From Meyerozyma guilliermondii (taxonomy: Eukaryota), in NCBI GenBank assembly GCA_051546255.1, contig CP128821.1:186001-250000 (forward strand): DNA of 64,000 bases, given 5' to 3'. The position numbers and the translations under genes are program-made. The first letter of the stretch is position 1, and each line of letters starts with the position of its first letter. The notes below the pieces were generated by a model, which did not search any database, was not told the DNA's origin, and saw nothing but the letters and a program-made list of their open reading frames with translations. This document shows positions 28,501 to 38,901 of the stretch, piece by piece.

Positions 28501-30560
28501 CGCAAGTTTGATCCCTCGATTTCGACAATGACGGAATCTTTGTCTTTAGATTTTTCAACAATTGAAGCCTCTACTATAGTTTTGCCAGGAACCACAGAAC
28601 TTACAGCTGATTGCTGAGCTTTTGTCACATCATTTTGCTTGAGAGTGACAATTAGTCTCTGTTGGGTTTCGTCTCTGTCCATTATTCTCACATTGACAGT
28701 CTGCCCTTTCTTCAAGAAATCTTTAGCATCTTTAACAAAAGTCTCTGAAATTTCGTTCTTGGGTAAAAATGCTCGTAAGTTTCCAAAAAATGATACAATA
28801 GCTCCGTTGTGGACAAACTTTTCTACCGTAGCGGGAGTTTTGAGCCCGATTTCTGCCAGTTCGAAATTCGAAAGCACTTCGTCATCTTCAATATTGACAA
28901 GGGTTTTTTTCAATGTGATGAAAATCTTGGAGCCGTGAACCTTCAATACTCTTCCTTTAATCTTAGAGCCCACCTTATATTTTCTTTCTGGGTACACCAA
29001 CCTGACATCAGACATGTGTTCTGGTGGTACGAAAGCGTCGAAATCGTTGAAAATCTTAACCTGAATTCCAGCGCCATCAGGCAAAACCTTGATAATCTCA
29101 CCTCCATTGATATACTCACCAACTGGAATTTGCAGTGGTACCATGAATTTAGTGTCTATTATTTTTGGATCCATCGTTAAGGTTAAAAGTCCTTCGAATT
29201 TGTTGAGTCCAATTACACGAGCCTTGTGTTTGGAGCCAACAAAGTAGTCGTCAATCACCTTTTCCTGGTTGATTTTGGAGATATGAACTTGTCCATGGTA
29301 AGACGAAGTGCCTGTGCTCACAAAGATGTAATTTGAATCTAAGCCTATGACTTCTACTTGGTCAAAGACGAAACCAATGGGGAATGCTTCCAAAGCATCG
29401 GTATTTTCCTGAGAGTCCAATGACAAGATTCGAGGAAGAATCGATAAAACGAGCTTTTTGGTTCCACCTTTCAAGAGAACGGCTATAACGCGAGCTTTTA
29501 TCGAATTACCAATGGTAAATTTGTGGTTAAGCGAGTCCAAATCGTATTCGCCAATGTTCAGAAGACTGATGGTTCCGTCCACCATACCAAAGACTTTGGT
29601 TGTGATACCTTCTTTCGTGATTTCTGCAACAAGGGCATCGACGATAATTCCTGGCTGTATAGCATCAACGGAAGAAATGTTGGACACTTTGTTCTTCTTC
29701 AGAGACACCGACAGAGTCGCTGGTCGCAAGCTGATAGTTCGTGTTGTGGGCTTGGCAGCAATGCTGGTCATCATGACATAACCTTCGCTCAACGATTGGA
29801 GATCTATATTGGCATTTGATAATTCTTTGTTGGAAATAAAACCGGATTTTCCCGAGACTCCAGTGTTTAATATGACACCTCGGTCTTCAACAGATACAAC
29901 AGAACACTGCAAGAGGTTTCCCGGAATCAAATCTTCATCCTCTATCGATTCATTGACGTTTTCAGGCTCGATGGTGAATTGAATACGTTTTTTCTTCGAC
30001 TGGGAAAGTTCGGCCTCTGTCACTTTGGCACGGAGCCACTCACCTGCTTTGAAAATGGACTGGAGATCTGGAAGTTCATTGTCTTTCATGGTGGCAGTAC
30101 GGGTAACACCTTCCTCTTCTTCATCTTCAGACGAGTCCGATTCTTGTTGATACAATTCAACTTTGCGAGTGATTTCGTCACTGATGGAAGATATGGGTAC
30201 ATATCCGATCAAGTTGTCTCCTATGGCAATTTCTAAATCGAGCTTGTTCACCTTGGAAATTTGTCCCAACACGGTGGTTCCAGGAAAGAGTTTTTTGAAG
30301 GAAAGACTTTCAATTGTGATAACATTTTCCACTTCCTCAGATTCCTTAGTGTTCTTCTTGCTCTTCTTGCTCTTTTTGCGTGCTTGCTGCGACTTTTCAC
30401 CGCTGGTTCTTTTGGCAGCGGTTGATGATTCGAAGAGCACATCTCTTGCAGCTTCATTAGAAATCTCTTTGACCTCAAGAGGCGTAAGAACAGATGCACC
30501 TCCTCTTGGGAAGGCAACCTCGCTACTGCTTAGCACAGAGCTGGAGGTCTGTTCCGACAT
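25536..30560 (-). CDS. RRP5: rRNA biogenesis protein, multiple S1 domains and C-terminal HAT/TPR repeats
   Basis: [13 protein letters not shown] N-terminus, repeated S1 domains, [40 protein letters not shown]; ATG 30560. Confidence 0.97.
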   Translation of the reverse strand: [1674 protein letters not shown]

Positions 30561-30591
30561 ACTATAGGCGTGGATTATGAAGAAATGTAGG

Positions 30592-30634
30592 AGATGAGAT
30601 GGAGAAGAGTTCGCGATGAGCACCGAAATTTTTA
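30592..30634. promoter_or_regulatory. PAC and RRPE-like elements of the RRP5 promoter
   Basis: GCGATGAGC (PAC) at 30613-30621, a second GATGAG near 30593, and AAATTTTT (RRPE-like) at about 30627-30634. Confidence 0.65.
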
Positions 30635-30691
30635 TTGAGGTGATTAAAAGGGTATCACGACAAATGTCGCACTAACCTATACCAATGCAAA

Positions 30692-32377
30692 TTACTTCTT
30701 TTTCGACTTTTTCTTTTTCTTCTTATCCTCCTGAATGACAATGGTGCCATCTTTGACATCCTGTGGCTGATCCTTGAATTTTTCCCGGCTTTCCAAGAAA
30801 AACATCAAGTCTTTCACCTGTTCGCTCAAGTCATTATTGGTAGCCTGAAGTGTTTCGTTAGCTTTCATTAGATACTCCACCTTTTCTGAGAGCGCATCGT
30901 TAAGTCGATTTGCTTCATTCAAGTCCCGAGATAAGCTTTGTACTTTCTGATCTTTGGCAGCGAGCTTCGATTTCAAGTTTGGTATCGTATCGTGAATCTC
31001 ACTCTTCAAATCATCGACCATACTTTGCAACCGTTTGACCTTTTCTGTATCCTCAGATACCAGACCTCGCCCACTTATTGAACCCTTAGAACGTAAGAGT
31101 CCCTCGTAGTACTCTCTCTGACTAGCCAATTGACTGATTAGCAATTGCGAGTATTCGAAACCCACTTCATCCACCTTGTCGAAATTTTCTGATCCTTTCC
31201 TAAAACTACCAGAAGACGTAGCAATCTTCTCTGGAAGCTCCACTAGCTTGCCGTCGGCCTCGTTGGTAACAAGACGGTGCACATAATTATCTCCTGCGTA
31301 ATCCCACACTCTGGAGGTTTCCAACTCCATGGCGAAGCAATGACCGGTGTTGATAAAATGCTTGAGAGAGTGCTGTTCAGGAGCATATCTATCACAGCCC
31401 ATATTACCACATATCAAACAGATCCAGAGATTGTTATCCACGGCACAATCTGCGCAGTGCTCTTGTTCTTCATCGATAGCCATTGCTGCCATTGACGAAG
31501 TTGCAGCTTCCATGTTGGCAGCTTCGGAAGAAGAGCCCGTACGCTGACGATACTGCAGTAGTCGTCTGATACTGCGTCGTATTTTCTGGTTTGAGACGTC
31601 ATTAGAATACCGACAAATGGGGCAGGTATCGTCTTTCCATTTTGAAAGACACAGGCAGTGGAAAGTATGCTGACACGGAATCGTGAGTAGGCCCGTTATA
31701 TTATAGTCCATTCTTTCCAAGCAAACAGGACATGTAGGAAGCTCTATTAAGGTATCTGAATTCAGGGAAGTGAATGGGTCGTTTAAAAGAAAAGGTATTA
31801 AAGACCCCGTAGAAGGTATTTGTTCTTGAGCGGTTAAGCTGACAGAATTCACAAATACAACATGACAGGATTCCGGCTCCATGGAATTGAAAGGCTTGCC
31901 ATTGAAATTGTACTGAAATTCAGCGGTTTTCACGATATCATCAAACTTGATCAAAACAAGAAACCGATTGGGCTTTTCGCTCTTCAAGATACGTATATGT
32001 GTGATGCTGGCCATGTACTCCTCTCCTATGAACCCCAAAAGATCGGTAGCTGTAAAATAGGTGGGCACTGCCACTATCGATACCATCGTCTCATCGCCTG
32101 CGATATGATTGGGTATTGGTTCAGTGATTGAGTGCTTCGGAGAGTGCTCCGGAGATGGTAAAGCAGAGTCATCGGCTTCGAACTCGCGATATAGCCGGAT
32201 ATAGCCGTCTCCTAGATGTTGTCCTCGGAGCGGTTCGAGTGACATGGTTTTGATATTTGGAAAGTTCTCCTTATCGATGGCAACAACAGTGATAGGAGAG
32301 TATCTGTAGTCACGGGCGGATTGCGTGTTTTGGTTCGGGAGCTCAATAACAATTCGATAGGTATCTGTACCTATCAT
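30692..32377 (-). CDS. ETP1: BRAP2/IMP-like RING and ZnF-UBP ubiquitin ligase
   Basis: BRAP2 domain (FNGKPFNSMEPE), RING ELPTCPVCLERMD...CQHTFHC, ZnF-UBP LWICLICGNMGC...RVWDYAGDNYVHRL, coiled coil. Start uncertain (32377 or 32434). Confidence 0.88.
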   Translation of the reverse strand: MIGTDTYRIVIELPNQNTQSARDYRYSPITVVAIDKENFPNIKTMSLEPLRGQHLGDGYIRLYREFEADDSALPSPEHSPKHSITEPIPNHIAGDETMVSIVAVPTYFTATDLLGFIGEEYMASITHIRILKSEKPNRFLVLIKFDDIVKTAEFQYNFNGKPFNSMEPESCHVVFVNSVSLTAQEQIPSTGSLIPFLLNDPFTSLNSDTLIELPTCPVCLERMDYNITGLLTIPCQHTFHCLCLSKWKDDTCPICRYSNDVSNQKIRRSIRRLLQYRQRTGSSSEAANMEAATSSMAAMAIDEEQEHCADCAVDNNLWICLICGNMGCDRYAPEQHSLKHFINTGHCFAMELETSRVWDYAGDNYVHRLVTNEADGKLVELPEKIATSSGSFRKGSENFDKVDEVGFEYSQLLISQLASQREYYEGLLRSKGSISGRGLVSEDTEKVKRLQSMVDDLKSEIHDTIPNLKSKLAAKDQKVQSLSRDLNEANRLNDALSEKVEYLMKANETLQATNNDLSEQVKDLMFFLESREKFKDQPQDVKDGTIVIQEDKKKKKKSKKK

Positions 32378-32488
32378 CAGTTGGCACGATGTTCCCAAAA
32401 AGAGCGAATCTGCGACCTTCGCTACTGCATGCAAACACCCTATATGGAGATCCAGAACTCTACCAGTCGAAAATATTTGGCTTGTAGC

Positions 32489-35400
32489 CTATGTTTGGCT
32501 CCACAATTGTAGTATTTCTCGAGCCAACTCCGATACAAGCACCGACGTTTTGCCAAGATTGAGTGTTTCCAACTGATCCACGAGCTTGTTAGAAAGTCCA
32601 TGGTTGTAGATTCTGAAAGCTAATAGCTTCAAAATACGTAGGATTCCAAGCTGTATCACCGGAGACTTGGAATGCTTGGAAAGCTTTGCCAGTATACTAT
32701 CAATGAAGTCGGAAGTGACCATTTGGTCCTGCAACTGATCACTAGAAACCATGAGCTTCAAATACGAATCCAACGAAGACTCAAAATTGGGCACTTGATT
32801 AACAGAAAATCCCCCAATAAAGCAATTGACTGTGTGTGGAGACGTTAGTTGCATGTGCTCCGGGTTATATTGACCCCACAAACTCAAGGCCTCCAAAGCT
32901 GCTGACTGCCAATACGGATCAAGTACAAGGTTCAAGTAGACTTTGAATACGTCGTTCTTTCTCAAAACCTGGCGAACGTAGTCATTGCAGTGCACCAATT
33001 CACAGAGTATGGGGAGAATGAATTGGCGAAATGGAAGGTTGATAACTGAAAGTGCTTTGAGCAAGGGAACTGCACCAAGTCGAACCAACTCTGTTTCTTG
33101 AGTACCGTTCAAATAGCAGCAATTGTACAACAATGGACTCACAATGTTGATAACTTCTCGATAGTGAGGCTCTGTTGGTGTGTACTGCTTCATTAACCCG
33201 ACCAAAAACTCCAAAATATCAGCATTTTGAAGCAGTCTTAGATTTCCAGAAACGCTAGAGATAGACTTTAAGAACTTGAGAATGGTCAATCTATGGGAAA
33301 AATCCAACTTAGAGTAGACTTTCATCACTAGCTTGAAGAGCTCCGAGCTAGAAATTGCAGCTCTAACCTTTGCTTCCGATTGACCAAAGAACTTGATAAT
33401 CTCCATAATCTTAGATATGGACTCTGAGACTTCTTTTGATTCAATCGTTTTATGCCCATTAGTCAACCCATTCAACAAGACAACAAACCAAAATACTATG
33501 CCGTATTTCGAAAGCATCCGACAAAGGTCTGATTTGGACCTAGATAAGTCGTTGGTCATTATTTTGTAGATGCAGTCAATCGAAACCAATGAATACTCTG
33601 GAGCACTCTCGAGGTCTTCTTGTACAAATTTTGCAAGCACCCTCAACCCTCCACAAGAGACAAACATGGAAAGAGCCTTGTCTGATTTCTCAAGTAGCTT
33701 CACAAATTTAATCACCTGAAGACGTACAGCCGATTCAAAGGAAGAGCTCCGAAATTGAGCTACCAATGGAATGCCTCCTAAAAGACAAAAGTTTTCGAGT
33801 TGGGCAATGCTTCTTTGGAATATGATGTTTAAGACCGATAATGTGTGATACCACAATCGCTGTTCGCCCTTTATCATTTCGAAGCTATCCAAGAGCTCTA
33901 AGAGAGTGAGGATGCCGTGCTCTCGAATCAAGACCAGATGCAGAGATTCGTATTTTTTCACCATATGAAGCATACGGCCAGTGATCTTGAGTAAAGACGG
34001 TGCTAATTCCTCGCCCATACTCAAATTTTCGACTCTGGAGGAGAGCTTGGACATCAAATATTCCATCTTTGTTTGAATCTCAATTTCTTTGGTATCGAAA
34101 TCATCGATGTCAATTTCTAGGAAAGGATCACTATCATCAAGATTATCGATTGTTGTATCTTTTCTTTGAAGGATGCCTTTAAAGTTCTGGGTTCCAAATT
34201 CCATGTCATCTTTGGAATCGGAAAACTTATGTAGAAGCACTTCCTTGGAGATCGCATGTATGGAGACCTTACTGTGAAGATTGGATATGGGGCCATCAAA
34301 GTCACTATTCCAGTTTTCCTCAACTTTCGTTTCCTTGAAATCTCCTATTGCTTTTCCTTGAGAGTACACATTAGAGGTGGTTGGCTGAGACATGTCTACC
34401 AATTGGTTCAGATCATTATCATTGATCTGCCTTTTCGATTTCAAATCGGTTTGAGACTTTCTTTCTCTAGTGCCTGTAATCCATTTATGCTTCAAGAGCA
34501 ACAGTGCTGAAATACGTAATCCAGGCTGCTTCTGGAAACATTCCAATAAGAAATCACGAGCCAGGGGTGTTAGTCCTTTTGGTAAAGGGGGATGATCATC
34601 AGTTCCGATGGCATGAAGGGTAGCCATAGGATTCAAATCATGATACGGTGGGTTTGTGGTGAAGAGCTCAATTATGGTGGCTCCAAGAGACCAAATATCT
34701 GATACAGTGCATAGGCCGTCTCCTCCTAAAATTGTCTCTGGTGCCATCCAATTGGGAGTTCCAACTACGGTTTGGTGTTGAGATGATACTTTTGAAGCAA
34801 CACCGAAATCCGCAAGCTTTATTATGCCTCCTTCTGATAGGAGCACATTGGCAGCTTTGACATCACGGTGTACCACACCTTGCTCATGCAAATACTCCAA
34901 GCCAAGCAAGATCATTTTGACATAAGACGAAAGCCTGTTCTCCGGAAGCCCATGGCCAAGTCGTTTGTATAGTTGACGAAGGGAGCCTCCTGCGCAATAT
35001 TCAAGAAAGACATTCAAAGTGGCCGAAGTCTTGACAAATCCATGGTACTTGACGATGTGTGGATGCCTTAAGATTTTCAAGAGATCAATTTCGTTCATGA
35101 GGTCTCCTACATCTTGGTCTCTTTCCAAGATGATTTGCTTGATTGCAACAACTTGATTGGTTTTCAAGTTCGTACCCTTGTACACGTTTGCAAATGCTCC
35201 TCTTCCAACCAAAGACGAAAACTCGTAGTCCTCGAGAGCATTTTTCAGTTTCACCTGGTTATTTCTCTGGACTTTTTGAGCTGGTGTCAATGAAACTTTG
35301 ACCAGAGCTAGTCGTGGTTTCGTCACAGGAGTACTGAGGTTGGCGGGTCGTCTCTTTGGTAAATCTACAGGAGGATGGGTGGAGTGTTTCAGTGACAGGT

Positions 35401-35869
35401 TAGAATTCAAATCGAGCCCACTAAGTGATCTTCTGTTTGTGGATTTTTCATGCCTTGAATCTGTCGAAGATGTTGAGTTTTGCTTGCTTTGATGTTTTGA
35501 GCGGGTGGTCCTGGTATTTTGTGAAGAAGATCCGAGCTCTTTGGCGTACGGTTCCGTGTCAAATTTGACTCCATTATGTATAGATCGAGCTCGTTCTACA
35601 AACGGCGATTGATTGGAATTTGTGGCACTTTCTGAGTCGGAAATAAATGTGATACCTTTTGTTTTTGTATGTTTTGACGATAAAAAGTCGAATTCCTGGT
35701 CGGGATCAAAGTCTTGAACGAATTCGTCTCGCGGCAGCGCAGCCAGTGGCTCCTTGAAGCGAAGTAGAATTTCCGAATTTGACGATGGTTGACTGGCAAA
35801 CTCTGATGGCTTTTCAGGAGTCAGCGACATGTCAGCTTGTGGTTCTTGCCTCCAGAAAAGATCAGCCAT
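32489..35869 (-). CDS. CDC15: Mitotic exit network Ser/Thr kinase (Cdc15/Cdc7/SepH)
   Basis: GRGAFANVY, VAIK, HRDVKAAN, DFG, GTPNWMAPE, followed by a long ARM-like helical C-terminus. Confidence 0.88.
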   Translation of the reverse strand: MADLFWRQEPQADMSLTPEKPSEFASQPSSNSEILLRFKEPLAALPRDEFVQDFDPDQEFDFLSSKHTKTKGITFISDSESATNSNQSPFVERARSIHNGVKFDTEPYAKELGSSSQNTRTTRSKHQSKQNSTSSTDSRHEKSTNRRSLSGLDLNSNLSLKHSTHPPVDLPKRRPANLSTPVTKPRLALVKVSLTPAQKVQRNNQVKLKNALEDYEFSSLVGRGAFANVYKGTNLKTNQVVAIKQIILERDQDVGDLMNEIDLLKILRHPHIVKYHGFVKTSATLNVFLEYCAGGSLRQLYKRLGHGLPENRLSSYVKMILLGLEYLHEQGVVHRDVKAANVLLSEGGIIKLADFGVASKVSSQHQTVVGTPNWMAPETILGGDGLCTVSDIWSLGATIIELFTTNPPYHDLNPMATLHAIGTDDHPPLPKGLTPLARDFLLECFQKQPGLRISALLLLKHKWITGTRERKSQTDLKSKRQINDNDLNQLVDMSQPTTSNVYSQGKAIGDFKETKVEENWNSDFDGPISNLHSKVSIHAISKEVLLHKFSDSKDDMEFGTQNFKGILQRKDTTIDNLDDSDPFLEIDIDDFDTKEIEIQTKMEYLMSKLSSRVENLSMGEELAPSLLKITGRMLHMVKKYESLHLVLIREHGILTLLELLDSFEMIKGEQRLWYHTLSVLNIIFQRSIAQLENFCLLGGIPLVAQFRSSSFESAVRLQVIKFVKLLEKSDKALSMFVSCGGLRVLAKFVQEDLESAPEYSLVSIDCIYKIMTNDLSRSKSDLCRMLSKYGIVFWFVVLLNGLTNGHKTIESKEVSESISKIMEIIKFFGQSEAKVRAAISSSELFKLVMKVYSKLDFSHRLTILKFLKSISSVSGNLRLLQNADILEFLVGLMKQYTPTEPHYREVINIVSPLLYNCCYLNGTQETELVRLGAVPLLKALSVINLPFRQFILPILCELVHCNDYVRQVLRKNDVFKVYLNLVLDPYWQSAALEALSLWGQYNPEHMQLTSPHTVNCFIGGFSVNQVPNFESSLDSYLKLMVSSDQLQDQMVTSDFIDSILAKLSKHSKSPVIQLGILRILKLLAFRIYNHGLSNKLVDQLETLNLGKTSVLVSELAREILQLWSQT

Positions 35870-36313
35870 GGGTCATCACAAGTTGTTCTGGCTGTGTTAC
35901 ACGAGTTGTTTGTATCGCAAAATCAATCGAGAATATTTCGCAGCTGGAATGTTTGTACGCGCGATAAAATAAAGACGAGTTAGATGGCAAAAAAAAAGGA
36001 AATGAGTTTAAGATAAGAAGCCGTAAATGCGTTGTATTTATTTTGGTTGTACAAAACTAAAACATTTGTAGAATGTGCCTTATTTGAGTTTTGTTTATAT
36101 TAAGTTGATATGACGATAACATTTGTTACAATGAACAGGGTAAACAGTAGTTTGAAACATTCCTTGAACTACAAACACTGACAACATTTAAACATTGACA
36201 TCAATTCTTGAACATCTACAAACACCGGAAATATTGAAACACCAACAAAATTCAAAATTTGACATCTTCCACTTGAATCGGTATTGCAATTTTCTTATCA
36301 ACATAGACTCTCG

Positions 36314-37393
36314 TTACAATTTAGGGTCAGCGAGTTTTGTCAAAAGCTTTCCTGGTTTCTTGTTGTCGGAGAAAAGAGTGCCCCAGACAATAGGAACCTC
36401 GGTAAATTTGGATTCCCCGGTCAAGTCGACCAAGTTAAAAGCACTTTCGTCAGCTTTGACTTTTCCTTCCTTGATCCAACCTGCAATTTCCTTCACGGCA
36501 GCACCGTACTTGTCTTTGTGATCCAAGATAATGAACCCTTTGACGGTGAGTCTGTTGACTATGATTTCCCCCCAGTTTCTAATTTGCATTTTGGTGTGGT
36601 CATTGTAACCAGCAATGGCTCCACACGCAACAATAGTACCGTTCACCTTGGTCAAAGCGAGCATTACGTCCAAAATGTCTCCTCCAACATTGTCAAAAAA
36701 TACATCACAGAACTTCTTGTCACCAAGAGCCTTCACCATATTCTTTCTGAACGCTGGATCTTTGTAATTGACACAGGCATCGGCTCCAATGCTTTCAACA
36801 TAACGACACTTTTCTTCACCACCGGAAATACCAATGACATGGCACCCAATTGCCTTGGCGATTTGAACCACCATTGACCCAGTGGCACCAGAAGCAGCAG
36901 AAACAACCACAGTGTCTCCTTTCTTGGCTTTGGCAACTTCTCTGATACCAAAATAGGCAGTCAACCCTGTCATTCCCAACGTAGACAAGTATACGGGCAA
37001 AGGAATTGAAGCATCAGGAACCTTGCTGTCAATTTGCTGCTCATCAATATCACAGTATTGGGACCAGTACAACAGGCAAATCACAAGATCTCCATTCTTA
37101 TAGGTCGACGACTTGGATTCGACTACTTGCCCTATACCAAGCGATCTCATTGGCTCACCTTGGCCCACAGGTGGAACGTACATTCTTTCGGGGTTGATAC
37201 CTTTTTGTATCCAAGATCTTTGGGTTGGATCGTTGGATAAGTAAAGTGTCTTTACTCGAACATGTCCATCTTGCAACGGTTGCAATGTTTGGTCCACTAG
37301 CTTGAAAGTGGAGTGTTTTTGACCCAATTCGTAATTGACATTCTTGATTGGTTGTTCGTTCACAATAAAAGTTTTCGTTTGTGTGGGAGCCAT
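36314..37393 (-). CDS. NADP-dependent MDR oxidoreductase (PTGR/LTB4DH, YML131W-like), copy 1; ends PKL
   Basis: LYLSNDPTQRSW, LGMTGLTAYFG, VVSAASGATGS, FDNVGG, CGAIAGYN. Confidence 0.92.
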   Translation of the reverse strand: MAPTQTKTFIVNEQPIKNVNYELGQKHSTFKLVDQTLQPLQDGHVRVKTLYLSNDPTQRSWIQKGINPERMYVPPVGQGEPMRSLGIGQVVESKSSTYKNGDLVICLLYWSQYCDIDEQQIDSKVPDASIPLPVYLSTLGMTGLTAYFGIREVAKAKKGDTVVVSAASGATGSMVVQIAKAIGCHVIGISGGEEKCRYVESIGADACVNYKDPAFRKNMVKALGDKKFCDVFFDNVGGDILDVMLALTKVNGTIVACGAIAGYNDHTKMQIRNWGEIIVNRLTVKGFIILDHKDKYGAAVKEIAGWIKEGKVKADESAFNLVDLTGESKFTEVPIVWGTLFSDNKKPGKLLTKLADPKL

Positions 37394-37605
37394 GGTGGTG
37401 TCTCGTGAAAACTTTAAAATTTCGAATCTTTTTATGTGTGGGGAAATCTAATTTCATACCTCGGCAGTCCAGCCCAAACAGGAAGGTTCCGTATGTACGT
37501 CGCGGGAGTTAGTTGCGACAGTATGTCAGCGCTTTCGTGGCTCTCAACGGCTGCAAAGATCACTCGTGTCATTGAGGCCTGACTACATTTGTCAGATATC
37601 GGGAG

Positions 37606-37612
37606 TTAGTAA
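37606..37612. promoter_or_regulatory. Yap1/Cap1 response element (TTAGTAA) upstream of oxidoreductase copy 1
   Basis: Reverse complement of canonical TTACTAA, about 210 bp upstream of ATG 37393. Confidence 0.45.
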
Positions 37613-37824
37613 GTTTTGTTGGTTTATGGCTCCGCCTCGACCCAGATTTCATCTTTGCACCAAATAACCCGCGATGCCGTGGAGCGTATACAGGCACAGG
37701 GTCTGGGCTACAGGGTCTGAACCAGAGTCCGAGCTGCAAGGTCTTAACTAGTCCGAGGCTTCGGAGATGTATTGGGTTTGCTCTTTTAATCGTGATTTAC
37801 CTACTTATCACCTTTACTCGATAC

Positions 37825-38901
37825 CTACTCCGCATCGGCAAGCTTTGTCAAAAGCTTTCCTGGTTTCTTCTCGTCGGTGAAGAGGGTACCCCAGACAGTT
37901 GGAATCTCGGCGAACTTTGATTCATCGCTCAAATCGACCAAATGGAAAGCATTTTCGTCGGCCTTGACTTTTCCTTCCTTGATCCAACCGGCGATTTCCT
38001 GAATGGCAGCAGCATACTTGTCTGTGTGGTCTAAGATAATGAACCCTTTGACTTGAAGTCTGTTGAGAATAATTTCCGACCAGTTCTTGATTTGAATTTT
38101 GGAGGCGTCGTTGTAACCGGCAATGGCTCCACAAGCAACAATGGTTCCGCCCACCTTGGTCAAAGTAAGCATCACGTCCAAGATTTCTCCACCAACATTG
38201 TCAAAAAAGATGTCACAGTACTTTTTGTCGCCAAGAGCTTTCTTGATGTTTTCCTTAAAGTTTGAGTCTTTGTAATTGACACAGGCATCGGCGCCAATAC
38301 TTTCAACGAAACGACACTTTTCTTCACTACCGGAAATACCAACGACATAGCACCCCTTTGCCTTAGCGACCTGTACTGCCATTGAACCAGTGGCTCCAGA
38401 AGCAGCAGAGATCACCACAGTGTCTCCTTTCTTAGCCTTTCCTACGTCAAGAAGGCCAAAGTAAGCGGTCAAACCAGTCATTCCCAAGGTGGACAAGTAC
38501 AAGGGCAAAGGAATTGAACGATCAGGGATCTTGCTGTTAATTTGCTTTTCTGTAAGATCACAGTATTGAGACCAGTACATCATACAAAGCACAAGATCTC
38601 CATTCTTATAGTTGCTTGACTTGGAGTCGACAACTTGACCAAGACCAAGCGATCTCACTGGCTCACCCTGTTGCACAGGTGGAACATACAATCTTTCGGG
38701 GTCGATGCCTTTTTGGATCCAATTTCTTTGAGTTGGATCGTTAGACAAGTAAAGGGTCTTTACACGAACTTGTCCATCATGCAAGGGTTTCAAGGGTTCT
38801 TCCACTAGTTTGAATGTAGAATCCTTTTGACCCAATTCGAAATTGACGTCTTTAAGTGGGTTTTCGTTCACAATAAAAGTTTTTGTTTGTGTGGGAGCCA
38901 T
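37825..38901 (-). CDS. NADP-dependent MDR oxidoreductase, copy 2
   Basis: Close paralogue of copy 1 with identical MAPTQTKTFIVNE start at 38901; ends ADAE. Confidence 0.92.
   Translation of the reverse strand: MAPTQTKTFIVNENPLKDVNFELGQKDSTFKLVEEPLKPLHDGQVRVKTLYLSNDPTQRNWIQKGIDPERLYVPPVQQGEPVRSLGLGQVVDSKSSNYKNGDLVLCMMYWSQYCDLTEKQINSKIPDRSIPLPLYLSTLGMTGLTAYFGLLDVGKAKKGDTVVISAASGATGSMAVQVAKAKGCYVVGISGSEEKCRFVESIGADACVNYKDSNFKENIKKALGDKKYCDIFFDNVGGEILDVMLTLTKVGGTIVACGAIAGYNDASKIQIKNWSEIILNRLQVKGFIILDHTDKYAAAIQEIAGWIKEGKVKADENAFHLVDLSDESKFAEIPTVWGTLFTDEKKPGKLLTKLADAE

Noticed and set aside
37790..37827. Cryptic PTS1 by stop readthrough in oxidoreductase copies 2 and 4
   Set aside because: Extensions read VSSKGDK* and PFPETYGT*; neither ends in a PTS1-like tripeptide.
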